From positions 47,990 through 111,989 of IMG/VR virus record IMGVR_UViG_3300031576_000007: DNA of 64,000 nt; one strand, written 5' to 3'. The position numbers and the translations under genes are program-made. Of the stretch, positions 1-9,573 are shown piece by piece; position 1 is the stretch's first letter; every line of letters starts with the position of its first letter. Origin of the DNA: a virus. Below the pieces are notes generated by a model. The model did no database searches and was not told where the DNA came from. It saw nothing but the letters and a program-made list of their open reading frames with translations.

Positions 1-522
1 TTTCATACAGACACTCAAGAGGGTAAGCTAACCAAGTTATCCGTGCTAATTCCTTTTACAAAAATTCACTTTAATGAAATTGTACGATGGATTGATAGAA
101 CACACGATATAAGAGAATGCGCAGCGGCTCTTTCAGAGGTGGAAAAAAAATACATAACCAACCATATAAAAAAAGAAGGAAGACCTCTATACTTTTATAC
201 CCCAAGAGAAGTACTTCAGTTTGTAGGCACAGAAATCTGTAGATCTGTCCACATTAATTATCATGCAGAAGTGCTTTATGCTAGAATTATAAGCTCAAAT
301 TTGAGGTGGGTTATAACAGATGTTAGATTTGCAAATGAAAGAGAAATGATTAAGAAATTAGGTGGTATTTTAGTCAGGCTCAAAAGAGATGGTCATATTA
401 CCCAGGGTATTAATACAGGACATCCATCAGAGTCTTCGTGGGGTGAAGATAGTGAGTATGATGTAGTGATAAATAATAGCGGCACAATTGAAGATTTACA
501 AAAATCTACAGATCAATTCTAG
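1..522 (+). CDS. Deoxynucleoside monophosphate kinase, likely 5'-truncated by window edge
   Basis: Motifs REVLQFVGTE, VITDVRFANE and HPSE typical of phage dNMP kinases; the N-terminal P-loop is not in the ORF track. Confidence 0.8.
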   Translation, partial: FHTDTQEGKLTKLSVLIPFTKIHFNEIVRWIDRTHDIRECAAALSEVEKKYITNHIKKEGRPLYFYTPREVLQFVGTEICRSVHINYHAEVLYARIISSNLRWVITDVRFANEREMIKKLGGILVRLKRDGHITQGINTGHPSESSWGEDSEYDVVINNSGTIEDLQKSTDQF

Positions 523-529
523 GAGCATA

Positions 530-1354
530 ATGAGCCAGAATAAGAAGGAATTCCCAAAAGACGCTACAATTTTACAAACTACCATACAACAAGGTATTGA
601 TCTACAGCATAGGCGCATATATTTTGGGGATTTAGAATATGTAGAAGGTAGTGAAATAGAGTTTTGTTCTATTGAACTTACTCTACGGGCTATTGACAAA
701 ATGCTTGATATTAACAATAAACCTATAGAAATATATATGAGTAGTTATGGTGGAGACCCCTATGCCATGCTAGCTCTTCATGATAAGATTCAAGAATCCC
801 CTTGTAAATTCATATTCTTTGGTAGAGGTATGATAATGTCCTCAGCTACTTGGGTAATGTGTTGTTGTGATGAAAGGTATCTAAGTACTAATACTACTGT
901 TTTAGTGCATGATGGATTCACTGATGTTGTCGATAGAAGCACTGATGCTAGAATTAATTCTGACGAAAATGAACGTCTACAACAAAGACTAGCTAAGATA
1001 TATGAAGATAACTCCTACTTAGATAGGAAATTTTGGTCTACTGTAGGAAGAAGAGATTTATATCTAACAGCCGAGGAAACTATAAAATTAGGCTTAGCTG
1101 ATAAAATTACTCCATTTAGGAAAAGAGGTTTATTTAGAAAAGGCCCCAGAGAGCATACTTTTTTATCTAAACCTGACACAGAATCTATGAGAGGATTTAT
1201 TTCAGAATTATTCAAGAGAATAAAAGCTGAAGTACCACAGAATCTTCAGATAGTAGCAAATATTGACGAGTTTGAAGAAATAGATAATTATGATAATTCT
1301 GATAAAGAGCTGGAACATCTAGGTTTAAAGAAAATAGTGGCAACAAATGAATGA
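530..1354 (+). CDS. ClpP-like protease (cytoplasmic) with C-terminal extension
   Basis: PIEIYMSSYGG, MSSAT (catalytic Ser), VLVHDG (His), RDLYLTAEETIKLGLADKI; AGGAG RBS at 521 supports ATG 530. Confidence 0.85.
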   Translation: MSQNKKEFPKDATILQTTIQQGIDLQHRRIYFGDLEYVEGSEIEFCSIELTLRAIDKMLDINNKPIEIYMSSYGGDPYAMLALHDKIQESPCKFIFFGRGMIMSSATWVMCCCDERYLSTNTTVLVHDGFTDVVDRSTDARINSDENERLQQRLAKIYEDNSYLDRKFWSTVGRRDLYLTAEETIKLGLADKITPFRKRGLFRKGPREHTFLSKPDTESMRGFISELFKRIKAEVPQNLQIVANIDEFEEIDNYDNSDKELEHLGLKKIVATNE

Positions 1355-1643
1355 TGATATAAAGCTAGGTTTGTTTGATTTCGCAAGTGAATTCTTCTTT
1401 AAAGATAATTTGAAAATCGCCTTACGCTCTAAAAAAACTGATAATTCTCCTTCTTATTGGGCTATAGTTTCAAGGGGAGGTTTAGTTTATAACAGAGATA
1501 TGGAGCTTGAATATGAGTCTTCGCCAAGTAATAGGGATGATGAATTTATAAAGAGAACTAGATTTACATTGGAGGAAGCAGTAGATTTAGTTGGAAAAAT
1601 AGCTGGAGTGGTAGATTATGAAACTAATAATCGCGGGAAGTAG
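1347..1643 (+). CDS. Hypothetical phage protein
   Basis: Overlapping ORF in operon; YESSPSNRDDEFIKRTRF segment. Confidence 0.6.
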   Translation: MNDDIKLGLFDFASEFFFKDNLKIALRSKKTDNSPSYWAIVSRGGLVYNRDMELEYESSPSNRDDEFIKRTRFTLEEAVDLVGKIAGVVDYETNNRGK

Positions 1644-1992
1644 GACATTTGATAAAATTGATAGCCTAACTATTGCAGGGTTATTAAGCCAGTTTATTCC
1701 TGATTGGCCGAACATAATAAAAGAAAGAGTAGTTGGTGGGGCCAGAGGCATAGATAACGCTGGAGAGAATTTTGCAAGAAGTGTAGGTATTCCCTTTAAA
1801 TTATTCCCAGCTCAATGGGGGGAATTTGGTAAAGCAGCGGGGCCTATTAGGAATGCAGCAATGGCTACTTACGCAGACGCACTTCTACTCATTCATGGTA
1901 ATAGCTGTGGTAGTTTAAATATGCGAGAACAAATGAAAGAATTAAACAAGCCTATTTATGAGGTATTACTAAGTGCGAGTAGTGCATTGTAA
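1618..1992 (+). CDS. SLOG/YspA-like (DUF2493) protein
   Basis: MKLIIAGSR, VGGARGID, GKAAGPIRNAAM motifs. Confidence 0.8.
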   Translation: MKLIIAGSRTFDKIDSLTIAGLLSQFIPDWPNIIKERVVGGARGIDNAGENFARSVGIPFKLFPAQWGEFGKAAGPIRNAAMATYADALLLIHGNSCGSLNMREQMKELNKPIYEVLLSASSAL

Positions 1993-2254
1993 AAAAGAAA
2001 AATTTGATCACTATCTCGGGAGACCTTTTGTATTTGGTAATCCATTCAGCCATAAAGAGGGGGCTTTAGCTATATTTAAAGTAGATACAGTTGAAGAGGC
2101 AGTTGCTAAATATAGAGAATGGATTTTAAATCAACCAGAATTAATTATAAGAGTAAAAAGAGAACTTAAAAGGAAAGTAATCGGATGTTGGTGTAAAGTA
2201 AAAGGAAATGAACCTTGTCATGGGGATGTACTTTTGGAGATAGCAAATGAATAA
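1973..2254 (+). CDS. DUF4326 protein
   Basis: YLGRP..FGNPF and GCWCK....CHGDVL motifs. Confidence 0.85.
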   Translation: MRVVHCKKEKFDHYLGRPFVFGNPFSHKEGALAIFKVDTVEEAVAKYREWILNQPELIIRVKRELKRKVIGCWCKVKGNEPCHGDVLLEIANE

Positions 2255-2864
2255 AATCGAATACCTAGGTGATTGTAAAAATCTATTTTTAGACATTTCA
2301 TCAAGCTGTACTGGGTGGGTTGTTGCTGGGATGGATTCCCGTACTAGGGAAATTACTATATATAAGGCGGGGGTAATGTGGTTTGGTGATGATACACCAC
2401 ATGGTAAAAAATATAATATACTCTCTAATTTTGTTTTGGATACCGCGTATGTAGCATACCATATACAAAATGTAATAGCAGAAGGTTATATGGTCAATAT
2501 GAACAGAGTAATGGGTACTCTTGTTATCCCAGAAGCACAGGGGTCCATAAAGTCAGCTTGTTTCGAAACTGTCCCTCCTTTGGGATTCTATAATGTTTAC
2601 CCCCAAACCTGGAGAGCTGCTTTAAGTATTAAAAAAGACACAAAGTTTACTTCGTCTAAAGCCTGGAAGGAACCCACTAAAAAAAGAGTAGAAGAGTTGC
2701 TGGGTCAAAAATTACCTCCAAAAATTAGAAGTAATGTAACAGGAAAAGATAGACCTATTCCATATGACATTTTCGATGCTCTAGGGGTAGCTCTAGCCTG
2801 GTATATGAAGGAACCTAATAGTTGTGTAAAGATCAATGTAGATAAAAACTTCTTGATTAGCTAA
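2247..2864 (+). CDS. RuvC-like Holliday junction resolvase
   Basis: LDISSSCTGW, IAEG, PQTWR, DIFDALGVA give the RNase H-fold catalytic pattern. Confidence 0.75.
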   Translation: MNKIEYLGDCKNLFLDISSSCTGWVVAGMDSRTREITIYKAGVMWFGDDTPHGKKYNILSNFVLDTAYVAYHIQNVIAEGYMVNMNRVMGTLVIPEAQGSIKSACFETVPPLGFYNVYPQTWRAALSIKKDTKFTSSKAWKEPTKKRVEELLGQKLPPKIRSNVTGKDRPIPYDIFDALGVALAWYMKEPNSCVKINVDKNFLIS

Positions 2865-2881
2865 TTAAAAAATGGTATAAT
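2853..2881 (+). promoter_or_regulatory. sigma70-type promoter with extended -10
   Basis: TTGATT-17 nt-TATAAT with TG one base upstream of the -10, just before ORF 2888. Confidence 0.65.
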
Positions 2882-2887
2882 CATGAT

Positions 2888-3106
2888 ATGATACCTCAGT
2901 TTAATCACACAGTAGATACGATCATAGTCAGCGTGGCGCTTATTGTCTCTGCTACTATATTAGGGCTTATTATAAGTAAACATCTAAAAGGTGTGGTATT
3001 TCAATTAGTTTATATACAATATGCTCTGAATTACTTAAACGAATTCTTTTCAGAGGAAAGTACAATAAAAAAAGAGGAGAAAGAAGATGGGGTTTTGGAT
3101 CAATAA
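2888..3106 (+). CDS. Small membrane protein
   Basis: Hydrophobic stretch IIVSVALIVSATILGLII. Confidence 0.6.
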   Translation: MIPQFNHTVDTIIVSVALIVSATILGLIISKHLKGVVFQLVYIQYALNYLNEFFSEESTIKKEEKEDGVLDQ

Positions 3107-3362
3107 TCCTAGCACCGGGCGTGATGACACCATGCTCACTTGTGCTGTAGCGGGGTTTATAATTAGCAGCATGATAGTTGTAGCCCAGTTTGTAGCCAGT
3201 CTTTATATTGAAAAGATTACTATGGGTGACATCTCATTAGTAATAGGTGCTATACTTACACCTACAGTAGCGGCATATACAGCTAGACGGTACACAGACT
3301 TAAAACATAGTAATAATGGGAATTGCCATTCAAAAGTGGATCAGCCTACAAATGGAGATTAA
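3087..3362 (+). CDS. Two-TM membrane protein, holin-like
   Basis: Two hydrophobic helices followed by AYTARR basic tail. Confidence 0.5.
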   Translation: MGFWINNPSTGRDDTMLTCAVAGFIISSMIVVAQFVASLYIEKITMGDISLVIGAILTPTVAAYTARRYTDLKHSNNGNCHSKVDQPTNGD

Positions 3363-3374
3363 AGAAAGGAAAAT

Positions 3375-4103
3375 ATGAAGTTTTTAACAAGTTTTTTTAT
3401 TTTATGTTCGTTGATGTTTAAAGCTAATTTAAGAGCAGAAGTAATATTAGTAGCTACCAAGCCTATTGCTACTAATATTGTTGTAAAGATGGTAGACCAG
3501 ATTAATATAGATGAAAAAAGACTATTAGTTATACGAGATGATGTTAACGAAGGTGTCATAGATCCACTTATTATTAAGATGAATAAATTAGATAAAGAAA
3601 AAAAAGACCCAATATATCTGATTATTAATACCAGGGGTGGACAGATTGATTCTGGTATGTCACTAGTTACAACTATTACTTCTATTAAAAGTCCAGTAAT
3701 TTGTATTATAGATAATAAAGCCTACTCAATGGGGGCTGTAATTGCAACTTATTGCCCAAAAACTTATATTCATAAATATGCGACAGTTATGTTCCATTAT
3801 GCTGCTTATGGTGTTAGAGGACCTGAAAACATTGTTCCTTCAAGATTAGCTATTATCCAGAAAGAATTAAAGAAACTTCATCTAGAAGTAGCTTCAAACC
3901 TGGGGATTACTTATGATCAATATATAGAAAAAATTAGAAATGAATGGTGGATGACTGCTGAAGAGGCTGTTTCTAATAAGGTTGCAGACGTGTTGATTAA
4001 TAAGCTTAGTTACACATTTGAACAAAAAGTAGAAATAATGCCGTTTATATTTGGTTTGACTTACTACACAGACAAGTTTGTGTTTGATGTAAGGATGAAA
4101 TAA
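3375..4103 (+). CDS. ClpP-like protease with N-terminal signal peptide
   Basis: MKFLTSFFILCSLMF leader; PIYLIINTRGG, AYSMGA, VMFHYA, EWWMTAEEAVSNKVAD. Confidence 0.8.
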   Translation: MKFLTSFFILCSLMFKANLRAEVILVATKPIATNIVVKMVDQINIDEKRLLVIRDDVNEGVIDPLIIKMNKLDKEKKDPIYLIINTRGGQIDSGMSLVTTITSIKSPVICIIDNKAYSMGAVIATYCPKTYIHKYATVMFHYAAYGVRGPENIVPSRLAIIQKELKKLHLEVASNLGITYDQYIEKIRNEWWMTAEEAVSNKVADVLINKLSYTFEQKVEIMPFIFGLTYYTDKFVFDVRMK

Positions 4104-4105
4104 AA

Positions 4106-4408
4106 ATGTTAAAATGGTTGAAGGGTAACTTCTGGGCAGTAACCGGGGTAATTGTAGGTATTGTGCTGCTTATCTTCATCAAAGATATTGAGAGACTTAA
4201 GGAAATTGAATCATTTTTTAGAAGGAAAAAAGTAGAAGACGAAGTTAATCAACTTAAGTCTACTTTAAGTTCTAGTAAGGTCCATATAGATTCGAATGAT
4301 GAAAAGCTAGTTTTACTGGCCGAAGATCTAAAGAATAGAAAGATTAAAGTTTCTAATTTGTCTGAAGATGAAGTTAAGATTTTTTACGATGATTTTTTTA
4401 GTAGTTAA
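4106..4408 (+). CDS. N-anchored membrane coiled-coil protein (i-spanin-like topology)
   Basis: Single N-terminal TM followed by charged helical region. Confidence 0.5.
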   Translation: MLKWLKGNFWAVTGVIVGIVLLIFIKDIERLKEIESFFRRKKVEDEVNQLKSTLSSSKVHIDSNDEKLVLLAEDLKNRKIKVSNLSEDEVKIFYDDFFSS

Positions 4409-4901
4409 AGGATTGAATCAAGTGAATTATAATTACGCCGCAAATATACAACCTTATACTACTCCCTCTGGGGGTACAAACTCACAAGAAAAAACTGGAG
4501 TTAAGCTATATAGTGAAACATTTAATGGTCTTGAATTTGATAGTTTTCACATTGCTATGTTACAAGAGGAAGAAACAGACAAGAAGTTATTAGAGCTATC
4601 TAAAGAGTTTTCTCCTAGATCTACTTCTTTAAAAGAATTTGTAGATAAGATTTCTTTAGGAACTAATTTCAATAGTCTTGCTCTAGTTGATCTTAGTTCC
4701 AAGAAATTTATATGTTCTTTTAAAAAATGTACTGTAATTATATTTGATGTTAACTCTTCTTATGAGACTGCTTTCTCCTCTATAGAAAAAAGACACAACA
4801 TAATAACTCTAAAATTAAGATTTTCGTTTAGTGAATTAAGCTGTGATGCTACTACCGAAGTTTACTATAATAACATGCTACAGATGAGTAAAAGCGAATG
4901 A
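4368..4901 (+). CDS. Hypothetical protein (true start probably near 4413-4422)
   Basis: Open frame filling the gap between operon genes. Confidence 0.5.
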   Translation: MKLRFFTMIFLVVKGLNQVNYNYAANIQPYTTPSGGTNSQEKTGVKLYSETFNGLEFDSFHIAMLQEEETDKKLLELSKEFSPRSTSLKEFVDKISLGTNFNSLALVDLSSKKFICSFKKCTVIIFDVNSSYETAFSSIEKRHNIITLKLRFSFSELSCDATTEVYYNNMLQMSKSE

Positions 4902-5335
4902 AAAAACTAATATCGCTATTGTTGTGCATAGTCTGTGTGTTACCATCAACAATATATGCTAAAGATGATCTAAAAATAGAAATCGTAGAAGTTGAAAGGT
5001 TTCCTTTTAGTTTTAAAACTGATATTACGTATAAGTTTAAATTAGACGGCTGGGCGTTTACTCTAGATCAAGAAAAGAAGCTAAGATTTAGACTACTTGA
5101 TGCAGACTATCTTGAAAAAGAGAACAAGCTCCTTAAAGATAATATAGAACAATATAAGAAGATGCTAGAAATAGAGAAGGAGATATCTAATAAGTACAAG
5201 GAAACATGGCTCCAATCTGACGAGCAATTAACAAAGGTGCTGAAAAGAGAAAGTAGAGCAAAACTGTGGTATTTGATACTAGGCATAGGTTTGACAATTG
5301 GGGCTGGAGCAGCTATAAGTCATGTAGGGAGATAA
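4898..5335 (+). CDS. Signal peptide + coiled coil + C-terminal TM protein (spanin-like topology)
   Basis: MKKLISLLLCIVC leader; C-terminal LWYLILGIGLTIGAGAAI. Confidence 0.55.
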   Translation: MKKLISLLLCIVCVLPSTIYAKDDLKIEIVEVERFPFSFKTDITYKFKLDGWAFTLDQEKKLRFRLLDADYLEKENKLLKDNIEQYKKMLEIEKEISNKYKETWLQSDEQLTKVLKRESRAKLWYLILGIGLTIGAGAAISHVGR

Positions 5336-5336
5336 A

Positions 5337-5888
5337 GTGATTTTGGAAGTATTATTTGGTACTGTTGCAATTATATTACTTTATATTTTATTATTAAAAT
5401 ATAGATTTAATAATGAGAGAGACTTATATATTGACAATGAAATAGTAAGATTAAGGCAAGAAACCCAAGCCTTGACTAATAATATTGGTGGTTTAGAGAT
5501 GTTATTAGGCAGCAAGGAGAAAGAGCTTTCTGAACTCGCTAGACAGAAACAAGAATATAAAGATTTATTAGATCAGGAACTACAAAAGAATAAGAGTATA
5601 ATTAGTCAAAAAAAAAGCAGTGAGATAAGGACAGGATTCATAGCCGAACAATTAGCTCCTTATATGATGCCTAAATATGACCCTAAAAATATAAAGTTTA
5701 TAGGAGCTCCAATAGATATGATAATCTTTTGCCCCGATGAAATTGTCTTTTTAGAAGTAAAAACTGGTGGATCGCACCTATCTTTTAATCAGAAGAGGAT
5801 AAGACAATTAGTTCAACAACGTAAAGTTCGTTGGGAAGAATTTAGATTACGGAATAGCAGGAGTAACAAGAATGATAAATCTAATTAA
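5337..5888 (+). CDS. Membrane-anchored archaeal-type Holliday junction resolvase-like endonuclease (Endonuc_Holl family)
   Basis: G.IAEQLAP, KFIGAPIDMIIF, VFLEVKTG PD-(D/E)xK motif; N-terminal TM. Confidence 0.85.
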   Translation: MILEVLFGTVAIILLYILLLKYRFNNERDLYIDNEIVRLRQETQALTNNIGGLEMLLGSKEKELSELARQKQEYKDLLDQELQKNKSIISQKKSSEIRTGFIAEQLAPYMMPKYDPKNIKFIGAPIDMIIFCPDEIVFLEVKTGGSHLSFNQKRIRQLVQQRKVRWEEFRLRNSRSNKNDKSN

Positions 5889-6219
5889 GAGTCTACCTAA
5901 AGGCCTGTTAAAATATGTTTTAGCATTTAACGGGTTCAATGTATTGGATGCTATTATGACACTATTTGTATTATCTCATGGAGGAAGAGAACTTAATCCT
6001 ATAATGGTTTTTTTAATAAATTCTCATCCTATATTTTTTGTATTGACTAAGTTATCATTAGCTGGTATAATGACTGTTTATTGGATTAAAAAAGGGCACT
6101 GGAAAAGCATAAAGTTGTGCGCCTTAGCTTTTTATAGTGTATGTGTTTGGAATTCAGCTATGATTTTCTCAATTATAGAAAGAGCAGTACAAGTAGGGAG
6201 AGCAGCCAGTGGAAATTAA
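5872..6219 (+). CDS. DUF5658-like membrane protein
   Basis: NVLDAIMT...GGRELNPIM...K pattern with multiple TMs. Confidence 0.7.
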   Translation: MINLIKSLPKGLLKYVLAFNGFNVLDAIMTLFVLSHGGRELNPIMVFLINSHPIFFVLTKLSLAGIMTVYWIKKGHWKSIKLCALAFYSVCVWNSAMIFSIIERAVQVGRAASGN

Positions 6220-6583
6220 GTCAGTTTCAGATATGACTATCGAAGAATTAGCGGAACAAAAATTTGAGGCTGGTAAAACATGGGTGGACGCTTGTGCTAT
6301 TCACCATCGTATGAACATTGGGTATGACAGTGGGGAAAAGCTACGAAAAATTATGGCTAAAATAAGATCTTCTCAACAACCCCCAAATGGGAAAAAAACC
6401 TGGACTCATGACGAATTGCGCGATGCAGCGTTGGCTACAGATGAATATACCACATTCCTTAATCAGCTTAATGAAGCATACCAAGCTATGTTGGATACAG
6501 TCAATGAAAGGGATAAATGGGAAAATTTATTCGAAGGCCGGAGATCTCAGATGTCGTATGAAAAGAGCATGCTAAAATCATGA
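6209..6583 (+). CDS. Helical protein upstream of RecA (possible recombination mediator)
   Basis: All-helical ORF overlapping recA start; function inferred from position only. Confidence 0.45.
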   Translation: MEIKSVSDMTIEELAEQKFEAGKTWVDACAIHHRMNIGYDSGEKLRKIMAKIRSSQQPPNGKKTWTHDELRDAALATDEYTTFLNQLNEAYQAMLDTVNERDKWENLFEGRRSQMSYEKSMLKS

Positions 6584-8586
6584 ATAAGAAGTTAAAAGAG
6601 CTTAAAGAATCTGTGGATAAGCAATTTGGTAAAGGTTCTGTTATACTTTTTGGGGAGGATTCAGATCTTTTTAATATTAAAGTAATCCCCACAGGAATTT
6701 TTAGTTTGGATAGATCTCTGGGAATAGGTGGGATACCTAGAGGAAGAATGATTGAAATATATGGCCCGAATAGTACTGGAAAAACTACACTAGCTTTATA
6801 CGTTGCTGCATCAGCACAGAAACAAGGAGAAATTGTAGCTTACTTAGATTTGGAAAATAGTTTAGATAGAAATTTAGCCAATGACTTAGGAGTAAATGTT
6901 GATTCATTATTATTCTCTCAACCTGATTGCGCAGAGAATGCCTTAGAAATTTTAGAGTATCTTGTAAGAAGTGGTGAAGTTGGTTTAATTGTAGTAGATT
7001 CTGTAGCAGCTCTTGTGCCTAGGGCTGAGTTGAGCGGGGAAATGGGGGATAGCGTTTCTTCTGACACCCCTGTTTTTATTAGGCACAAAACTAAAAAATA
7101 TACAGATATAGTACCTATAGAAGATTTATATGGCGGTGGGGATAATTTTCTAGGAAAACAAAGAATTTATAAAAAAACAAAAAATATAGAAATACTTACA
7201 CATAATGGTTGGAAACCTCTTTTAGCTGTGATTAAGAAAAAAAATGACACTAAAAAGAATCTATCATTAATTAGAACAACAACAGGTTATATAAAAACTA
7301 CTGAAGATCACTCTTTATTTCAAGATGGAAAAGAAGTATCACCAAAAGAGTTAAATATTTTCGATAGAATAGACGTTCATAATACGAATGATTTTAATTT
7401 TAATTTGAGTGGGGTTAATAAAAATATTGCTTGGTTATTAGGATTCTGGTGTGCAGAAGGTTCAACGAATAACAATGATTGTAAAAAGAACAGATTTGAA
7501 GTTTGTAATATAAATTTAAATTTGATAAATAAATGCAAAGAAATCATTGATTCTAATTTTCCAACCATTGGGAAAATTAGAAGACCAAAATCAAAAGATT
7601 CAAGAAATTTATTATATATTTTGACTTGTAATGCTGATTCTGATCTAGGATTTTTAATAGAAGAATGCAGAACTAAAAAATCATCCTTAAAAAAGGTTCC
7701 TTCTTTAATATTAAATGCGTCTTCTGAAATTAAAGAAAGTTTTCTTGATGGTTTTTTTCAAGGAGATGGTTCACATGGTAATAAACACGGGAAAATTTAT
7801 TATTATAATAACTCATTACCTATGATTGCTGGAATTCAATATCTTTTACATAGTTTAAACAGGAAAACTGCAATTAGATTAGATAGAAAAAGACCTGAAC
7901 AACTTATTTTAGAACAAGTAGAAAGCTTATTCCATAGAGAAAATGAAATCCGAGATAAGATTACATTAGATCCTCCTAATTTTTTGTATGACGTTTCAAC
8001 CGAGTCGGGAACTTTTGTGGCAGCTATCGGGAATATAGTTTGTCATAATAGCCATATGGGTCTCCAAGCACGTCTAATGTCCCAAGCGATGAGGAAATTA
8101 GTAGGGGTAACTAACAAAACTGGTACAACAGTAATATGGATTAACCAGACAAGACAAAATATAGGTCAATTTTATGGTCCTAATGAAGTTACTTCTGGGG
8201 GTAATGCTTTAAAGTTTTACTCTAGCATAAGATTAGAAGTCCGAAAAGGTGAAACTCTAAAAGAAAAAGATACTGTGATAGGGCACTCTCTCAAAATAAA
8301 AGTTGTAAAAAATAAACTATCCTCCCCTTTTACTACGTCAGAATGCAGCTTGATTTATGGCAAAGGTATCGATATCGCAGGAGATTTGTTTGATACTGCA
8401 ATAATATCAGATATTATAAAAAAGAGTGGGAGTTGGTATAGTTATGATGACAAAAGATTAGGTCAAGGACGAGATCAATCTATTCAATTTTTAATAGAGC
8501 AAGGATTACTGGATGAGATTACTAAAAAATTACAGAAACAAGAACCACCAAGCGCTGTACCCGAAGAAGTGAAATCAACAAAATGA
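6580..8586 (+). CDS. recA: RecA recombinase interrupted by an intein
   Basis: GGIPRGRMIEIYGPNSTGKTT, VVDSVAALVPRAE, GLQARLMSQAMRKL, GGNALKFYSSIRL, KVVKNK. Confidence 0.97.
   Translation: MNKKLKELKESVDKQFGKGSVILFGEDSDLFNIKVIPTGIFSLDRSLGIGGIPRGRMIEIYGPNSTGKTTLALYVAASAQKQGEIVAYLDLENSLDRNLANDLGVNVDSLLFSQPDCAENALEILEYLVRSGEVGLIVVDSVAALVPRAELSGEMGDSVSSDTPVFIRHKTKKYTDIVPIEDLYGGGDNFLGKQRIYKKTKNIEILTHNGWKPLLAVIKKKNDTKKNLSLIRTTTGYIKTTEDHSLFQDGKEVSPKELNIFDRIDVHNTNDFNFNLSGVNKNIAWLLGFWCAEGSTNNNDCKKNRFEVCNINLNLINKCKEIIDSNFPTIGKIRRPKSKDSRNLLYILTCNADSDLGFLIEECRTKKSSLKKVPSLILNASSEIKESFLDGFFQGDGSHGNKHGKIYYYNNSLPMIAGIQYLLHSLNRKTAIRLDRKRPEQLILEQVESLFHRENEIRDKITLDPPNFLYDVSTESGTFVAAIGNIVCHNSHMGLQARLMSQAMRKLVGVTNKTGTTVIWINQTRQNIGQFYGPNEVTSGGNALKFYSSIRLEVRKGETLKEKDTVIGHSLKIKVVKNKLSSPFTTSECSLIYGKGIDIAGDLFDTAIISDIIKKSGSWYSYDDKRLGQGRDQSIQFLIEQGLLDEITKKLQKQEPPSAVPEEVKSTK
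7051..8049 (+). mobile_element. Intein (333 aa) with LAGLIDADG homing endonuclease in RecA
   Basis: Inserted in GEMGD|SHMG; begins SVSSDTPV, block B TTEDHSL, LLGFWCAEGS and FLDGFFQGDGS, ends VCHN before Ser. Confidence 0.93.
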
Positions 8587-8618
8587 TAGTATTTTGGCCA
8601 AAATAACGGGGCGATTAG

Positions 8619-9236
8619 ATGAAACGACCTAAACCTAAGGTAGTGTGCAAACAATGCAAAAACCCTATAAAAAAGGGCCGAAAACACGCAACGTCAGGGG
8701 TTCCCGCTAAGGTTTGCTCTGTTAATTGCGCCTTTAAGTTAAAGTATAGCAAAACTGTAGCAAAATTGGAGAATAAACTCAATTTATGTAAAAATACAGA
8801 AACCAAATTAGTAAAATTATGTATTAATGCACAAAGAATTAATACCCCAGGAGGGCTTTCTAAGAGTCAAATCAAGAGGTTAACTACACAGACTGAAGAT
8901 TTAATAAAGAAACCCCTAAATAAAGAAGATTTCGATAGAGATGATAATTACCTGACTTTTGTAAGAACCCTCCCTTGCATTGTTGATAGTTGTACTGTTA
9001 AACCTATCCATGCTCATCACGTTGAGAGAGGTGGTATGGGTATTAAAGGGTCAGACTACTCCGTTGTGGCTTTATGTCATGAACATCATACATCAGGGTC
9101 TGATGCTATACATAATTTAGGAGTATCTGAGTTTGAGAAGACCCATGCCATCGATTTGGTAGTTGAACAGTTATATACTATCAGGCAATATGTAAGGTTG
9201 TTAAAATATGCAAAAGTTTCCTTGTCAAGTATTTAG
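8619..9236 (+). CDS. DUF968-like Zn/HNH-type nuclease
   Basis: YLTFVRTLPCIV..C...AHH...GMGIKGSD...VALCHEHH; N-terminal Cys pairs. Confidence 0.7.
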   Translation: MKRPKPKVVCKQCKNPIKKGRKHATSGVPAKVCSVNCAFKLKYSKTVAKLENKLNLCKNTETKLVKLCINAQRINTPGGLSKSQIKRLTTQTEDLIKKPLNKEDFDRDDNYLTFVRTLPCIVDSCTVKPIHAHHVERGGMGIKGSDYSVVALCHEHHTSGSDAIHNLGVSEFEKTHAIDLVVEQLYTIRQYVRLLKYAKVSLSSI

Positions 9237-9573
9237 TGATAATACCACCCCCAAATTTAAAAATGGATATGTAATATCTACTATAAAAGATCATTATTCT
9301 TGTATCTGTGATTTTATAGCTAAATACGCAAACATAGTGGATAATATAATTAGAACTGGAGCCCACAAAGATGGCTTAAACATTAAATATAGGGTACATT
9401 ATTTTGATGAGGCAAAAAGAGAATATCACTTAAATTTAGAGCTTATAGATAATACTTTAGGGTATCCGGGCGGGCCAAGAAGGGTATTAATAGCCCCTCA
9501 GAGTCAGATTGAATACCATTGTGAAATTCAAGTTGCAGAAACATTTATGGAGATGGCTAATGACAACAATTAG
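9208..9573 (+). CDS. Hypothetical protein
   Basis: Overlapping operon ORF. Confidence 0.5.
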   Translation: MQKFPCQVFSDNTTPKFKNGYVISTIKDHYSCICDFIAKYANIVDNIIRTGAHKDGLNIKYRVHYFDEAKREYHLNLELIDNTLGYPGGPRRVLIAPQSQIEYHCEIQVAETFMEMANDNN

